A stretch of 64,000 nucleotides of DNA from an uncultured Candidatus Peribacteria bacterium (lineage in GTDB: Bacteria; Patescibacteriota; Gracilibacteria; RBG-16-42-10), in contig CAZERA010000002.1 of NCBI GenBank assembly GCA_964514565.1, positions 68,111-132,110 on the forward strand, in the 5' to 3' direction. The translations under genes and the position numbers were made by a program. Below are positions 60,039 to 64,000 of this stretch, piece by piece. Under the pieces are notes generated by a model, which was not told where the DNA came from, did no database searches, and saw only the letters and a program-made list of their open reading frames with translations. The stretch's first letter is position 1, and every line of letters begins with the position of its first letter.

Positions 60039-61004
60039 ATGCAGGTGAATACGGACACGGAACATTTTGCGAGATTATCAGAAGAAGTACAGAAAATAGT
60101 ACGCACAATGAAATGGCGGCACATTTACGGAATGGAACTTCTAAAGTTTGGCCTCAAACTTATTGGTTTTGCTCTTTTTTTCTGGCTCTTTTCTCAAACT
60201 ACTATTTTAGGAAAAATCCTAGGAATGTTGGGTATGGCTTACTTTTTTGTCAGTATTAGTATTAGTGGCATTCATGAAGCAAGACATGGCACTTTTGCCA
60301 AATCACCTCTTGTCAACCGGATTTGGGGTTATGTCTTTTCTGATTTTTGGACCGGACAGAGTAATGAATGGTGGCACGACACGCATGTTTTGATTCATCA
60401 TCCAAACACCAATATCCCCAGCATCAATCCCCCTTCATTTTATTTTCCTTGGGTCAATCGCTATGCTTATTTTTTTGCTGTCCCTTACTTAATCCTTCCC
60501 TGGATAGTAGCGGGTAGTTTGAAGCATGTATGGAAGCAATGGGACAAATTATCACTTTATATTATGTGCTTGGTGAGTGGTATTTTGGCCCAGCTCAGCT
60601 TATTTCTACTCGTACTGCCATTGGGTTACGCATTACTAAGTGTTTATCTCTTTAGAAGCTTATTTGCACCACTTTTCATGCATTTAGCAGTTTTCAATCA
60701 CGTCGGATTGGCTACTCCTAAGAAACGATTACCATGGTTAGAACATCAATTAAAAACCACTAGAAATATTAAACACCACTGGTTCTTGAGTGGCATGGGC
60801 GGCAATGCATTTGTAGAGTGTCATACTGAGCATCACATCTTCCCCAATCTCTCTAATCACATACTCAAAAAAATCCGCCCCCTAGTGAAGGAATACATCG
60901 AGAGAATTGGCTTTCCTTACTACGAGGACACTTATTTCCATGTACTCAAAGAGGCTTTAAGAGACTACGACAAGGTATTTACTCTGCAACCAGAAGGAGG
61001 TTAG
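60039..61004 (+). CDS. Membrane fatty-acid desaturase family protein
   Basis: His boxes HEARH, WWHDTHVLIHH and HTEHH.FP; ATG 60039 preferred. Confidence 0.85.
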   Translation: MQVNTDTEHFARLSEEVQKIVRTMKWRHIYGMELLKFGLKLIGFALFFWLFSQTTILGKILGMLGMAYFFVSISISGIHEARHGTFAKSPLVNRIWGYVFSDFWTGQSNEWWHDTHVLIHHPNTNIPSINPPSFYFPWVNRYAYFFAVPYLILPWIVAGSLKHVWKQWDKLSLYIMCLVSGILAQLSLFLLVLPLGYALLSVYLFRSLFAPLFMHLAVFNHVGLATPKKRLPWLEHQLKTTRNIKHHWFLSGMGGNAFVECHTEHHIFPNLSNHILKKIRPLVKEYIERIGFPYYEDTYFHVLKEALRDYDKVFTLQPEGG

Positions 61005-61435
61005 GGCTTCTTGATCCGATACAGATCAGGAGTTGTAATCCAGGCTGACATAGCACCAAAACCTTTTTTATTGATAGAAAATGGAACAATTTTCTTTACC
61101 TCTTCTAGAAAGATAAGAATACAAAATCTACGTGCAGCTACTTTTTGAAAGAAAGCGTACCATTCTCCCTCAAATAAACCAAGCTGTTTACCATACTGAT
61201 CAAGTAAACTTGCAACCTGAGTAGGATTTAAATCAGCGAAAAAAAGCACACGGGAGACTTGAGCTACCACCGTGACATATCCGCCAGTATCTTTAAAAAA
61301 CAATCGATCCCCCGCAGCAATCGCCTGCCATGGTCTTCGTTTTTGATTATACCACCGAAACTCAATCGTCTTAGTGCCAGCCTTGATACGGTCCAACCAA
61401 GGTAAATCCTTGCTCATGATTGCGAGATGATCCAC
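61001..61435 (-). CDS. ASCH domain protein
   Basis: HLAIM, I.AGTKTIEFR, GDRLFFK. Confidence 0.8.
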   Translation of the reverse strand: MDHLAIMSKDLPWLDRIKAGTKTIEFRWYNQKRRPWQAIAAGDRLFFKDTGGYVTVVAQVSRVLFFADLNPTQVASLLDQYGKQLGLFEGEWYAFFQKVAARRFCILIFLEEVKKIVPFSINKKGFGAMSAWITTPDLYRIKKP

Positions 61436-61650
61436 TTTTGAGTTAAGTAAAAAATAATATGGAAGAAGTAAGAAATAAAAGGATTACTTCCAGTAGTTAT
61501 AAGCTACTGAAGAACTTCTATGTTTAGCAAACGGCTAAGCACGATATTTTGCCACTGAAATTGCATATGTCATGGGAATTATTGAGTCAAACCAAACAAA
61601 ACTACAGATCTTTTGGCAAGAAGACGATACTGTGGGGCAAACTAATTGCT

Positions 61651-63012
61651 ATGAAGAAAAATCTAATTGAAAGGTTGGTAGAGATTCCAGCCAAGCTACT
61701 GGAAGGCACCGTAGAAGCTGCAGGTAAAGCAACAGGAGCTATCCCTGGCATGCGTCGTGTCAAAGAATACTGGCACACCTTAGGACCTGGTCTTACTACT
61801 GGCGCAGCAGATGATGATCCATCTGGTATTGCTACCTACTCCCAAGCCGGAGCTAAATATGGCTTTCAATTTTTGTGGCTTGCTGTATTCACTTTCCCTT
61901 TGATGGCATTGGTTCAAGAAATGTGTGCCCGCATTGGATTAGTCACGGGTAAAGGTTTGGCTGCCAATATCAGACTGCATTTCCCTAGACCAATTCTTTA
62001 TGCATGTACTATTCTGCTTTTCCTTGCCAATACCTTCAATATCGGCGCAGATCTAGGAGCAATGGCGCAAGCAATGCAGCTACTATTACCAGAGATACCA
62101 TTTGGTGTTTTTGTTTTCGGTTTTGCTTTAGTCAGTATTGGTCTCCAAATATTCACCCCCTACTCTCAATACGCCAAGTACCTCAAATGGCTAGCATTAG
62201 TATTATTGTCGTATATAGTATGCGCTGTCTTGATCGATCTTGACTGGCAGTCCATTGCTGTCCATGCCGTAATCCCATCGATTACCTTTTCCAAAGATCA
62301 AATTCTTCTAGTATGTGCAATCTTGGGAACAACTATTTCACCTTATCTTTTCTTTTGGCAAACCTCCCAAGAAGTAGAAGAGCGAATCTTGCAAGGCAAA
62401 ACAACAATCAAAGAACGCAAGAAAGCTAATAAAGAAGATATCAATCATATGCGGACGGATGTGTGGTCCGGAATGTTTCTTTCTAATCTAGTAATGTTCT
62501 TCATTATCGCTACTTGCGGGGCAGTACTGATGAGTAACGGTATCACTGACATTCAAACTTCAGCACAAGCGGCAGAAGCCTTGCGACCATTAGCCGGTAA
62601 TGCTAGCTATTTGCTTTTTGTGATTGGCATAGTAGGCACTGGTCTTTTGGCTATTCCAGTTCTAGCGGGCTCCAGCTCTTATGCTCTAGCTGAAAGCTTC
62701 AATTGGAAAATGGGTCTCTACCACAAGCTCAAAGAAGCCTATAGCTTTTATGGCGTGATCATTATCTCTATGATCATTGGCTTAGCTCTCAACTTTTGTA
62801 ATATTGATCCAATCCAAGCCCTGATTTCATCAGCAGTGATGAATGGTTTGATTGCTCCAATCGTATTGATTTTAATTGTGATTCTCAGTAGCAACAAAAA
62901 AGTAATGGCAAAGTGGAAGAATCATAAACTCACCACCATACTGGGATGGTTAGTAGTGATTATTATGAGTGTTGTGGGATTAGCCTCAATCTGGGCACTG
63001 TTGTTTGAGTAA
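61651..63012 (+). CDS. NRAMP-related divalent cation transporter
   Basis: GPG..TGAADDDPSGIATYSQAGA, ARIGLVTGKGL, GTTISPYL; ATG 61651 preferred. Confidence 0.88.
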   Translation: MKKNLIERLVEIPAKLLEGTVEAAGKATGAIPGMRRVKEYWHTLGPGLTTGAADDDPSGIATYSQAGAKYGFQFLWLAVFTFPLMALVQEMCARIGLVTGKGLAANIRLHFPRPILYACTILLFLANTFNIGADLGAMAQAMQLLLPEIPFGVFVFGFALVSIGLQIFTPYSQYAKYLKWLALVLLSYIVCAVLIDLDWQSIAVHAVIPSITFSKDQILLVCAILGTTISPYLFFWQTSQEVEERILQGKTTIKERKKANKEDINHMRTDVWSGMFLSNLVMFFIIATCGAVLMSNGITDIQTSAQAAEALRPLAGNASYLLFVIGIVGTGLLAIPVLAGSSSYALAESFNWKMGLYHKLKEAYSFYGVIIISMIIGLALNFCNIDPIQALISSAVMNGLIAPIVLILIVILSSNKKVMAKWKNHKLTTILGWLVVIIMSVVGLASIWALLFE

Positions 63013-63029
63013 AAAGTTCACTCAATAAC

Positions 63030-63066
63030 AAAAAAGCCTAACTGCATTAGTTCAGTTAGGCTTTTT
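63030..63066. terminator. Bidirectional intrinsic terminator
   Basis: AAAAAAGCCTAACTG...CAGTTAGGCTTTTT. Confidence 0.85.
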
Positions 63067-63079
63067 ATTTAGTTATCAA

Positions 63080-63724
63080 TTACTTCAACAACTTCAGAGA
63101 AAGTAAAATAGAACGCTCTTCAGCAGACAGAGCTTGCTCACTGTCTTTGTAGTTGAACAAAATAGTATACAAACCAGTGCCTTTTTCTACATAGACTCCA
63201 TAGCTAGTAGATACACCTGACGTTGTCACTACTTTGGCAGGAAGTCCGTCTAGAGTCATGTCACCAACCACTGTTAATTCATGGTCTTTTTGAAGTAATT
63301 CAGTCAGATTTTTAGCGCCAAGATTTTGAGTGATATTATCAACTTCCTCTGCAACAGTAGGATAATAAGAGATCACCACATCTGGCCAGACAGGATTACC
63401 ATCACCAATAGTAGGATCACTTTCGGCCTTTTCTTTGCGAGCAGTAGTCTCAGGACTAAATATCTCGACATGAGTATCAGAGAATTGATTAAAATCCCAG
63501 CTTTGAGGATATGAAAAAGAAAAAGGAGTACCAGTACTAGTGTATTCAACCATAGCGATCTTGCCGATAGGAGGTGCAATAGTAACCACTGGAAGAGCTG
63601 TCACGGTTGAGGTAGCGGTGGCAGTGGGCATTGGAATCGGTTTCATAGTAGCCACTTCACCACAACCAGATAGCATTAGTAATGAAGAACCTGCCAACAA
63701 TAAAGCACGAAGAGTAGTACGCAT
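63080..63724 (-). CDS. Putative lipoprotein, PsbP-like
   Basis: Lipobox LSGC, Pro/Thr linker, FSFSYPQSW, LDGLPA. Confidence 0.65.
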   Translation of the reverse strand: MRTTLRALLLAGSSLLMLSGCGEVATMKPIPMPTATATSTVTALPVVTIAPPIGKIAMVEYTSTGTPFSFSYPQSWDFNQFSDTHVEIFSPETTARKEKAESDPTIGDGNPVWPDVVISYYPTVAEEVDNITQNLGAKNLTELLQKDHELTVVGDMTLDGLPAKVVTTSGVSTSYGVYVEKGTGLYTILFNYKDSEQALSAEERSILLSLKLLK

Positions 63725-64000
63725 AAAAAGAGGTTAAATCTCTCCTATCCTAACATATCCATGTTCTATTCTTAAAAATGCAGTCAAACTGAAATAAGCC
63801 ACCAGCTAGAGAGATACTGATAGTTACGATTAAACGGTTTCTAATCCTTATACTTATCCTTCGAGCACAAAAATCTGACTATAAGCAAAGTACGCTCAAG
63901 GATCAGGATGAGGATAAGACGAGTCACCTATGGTGCTCGTTGGCGGAGAGTAGTAGACAAAGTTAGAACTATCATCGAGGACGATCATACAGCATTTGGT

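Noticed and set aside
61500..61650. Riboswitch upstream of the NRAMP-related gene
   Set aside because: GCAAAC is present, but no c-di-GMP-I, yybP-ykoY or M-box consensus or pairing could be built.
315..63737. Numerous 60-170 aa antisense or nested ORFs in the track
   Set aside because: They overlap well-supported genes and show no motifs.
1..64000. Genetic code 25 (UGA = Gly) as in Gracilibacteria/Absconditabacteria
   Set aside because: Conserved genes are intact under code 11, and several end in TGA, including ATGA overlaps (e.g. 3573-3576).
63908..64000. Possible ORF start MRIRRVTYGARW at the window edge
   Set aside because: Truncated and too short to support a call.

Overview
This 64-kb AT-rich, densely coded window is most consistent with a Patescibacteria (CPR) chromosome. 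That assignment is inferred from the TrbC/VirB2-like pilins, CPR-style NrnA and Xer proteins, scattered ribosomal genes and near absence of Shine-Dalgarno motifs. UGA is used as a stop, so the code is 11. Positions 1-20.4 kb hold a large surface-glycosylation locus: TagA-like, GT2 and GT4 transferases, four GT-C-like membrane proteins, Wzm/Wzt, methyltransferases and a HAD protein. Positions 20.5-64 kb hold core and accessory genes: rpsT, nrnA, murB-hpf-femX-ftsW-murG-flippase-hsp20-galU, secE-nusG-rplK-rplA, an orphan PP2C/anti-sigma/STAS module, an H+-PPase, lysA, tRNA-Gln, a Xer recombinase, two pilins with an orphan solute-binding protein, rpmG, two membrane fatty-acid desaturases, tRNA-Trp, a class A PBP, nusA and rpmH-rnpA-yidD-yidC-jag-mraY, plus an NRAMP-related transporter. 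The most notable observations are: (1) a family of intergenic heptamer-repeat, MITE-like elements plus a TCCCGC-N4-GCGGGA palindrome; (2) a possible kit for remodelling scavenged lipids; (3) a GT-C gene split at an A8 tract and a second frameshifted gene; (4) a partner-switching module with no sigma factor; and (5) a PurN-like protein with altered catalytic residues. No CRISPR array, rRNA, transposase or prophage was seen. All calls come from reading motifs by eye, and no searches were run.
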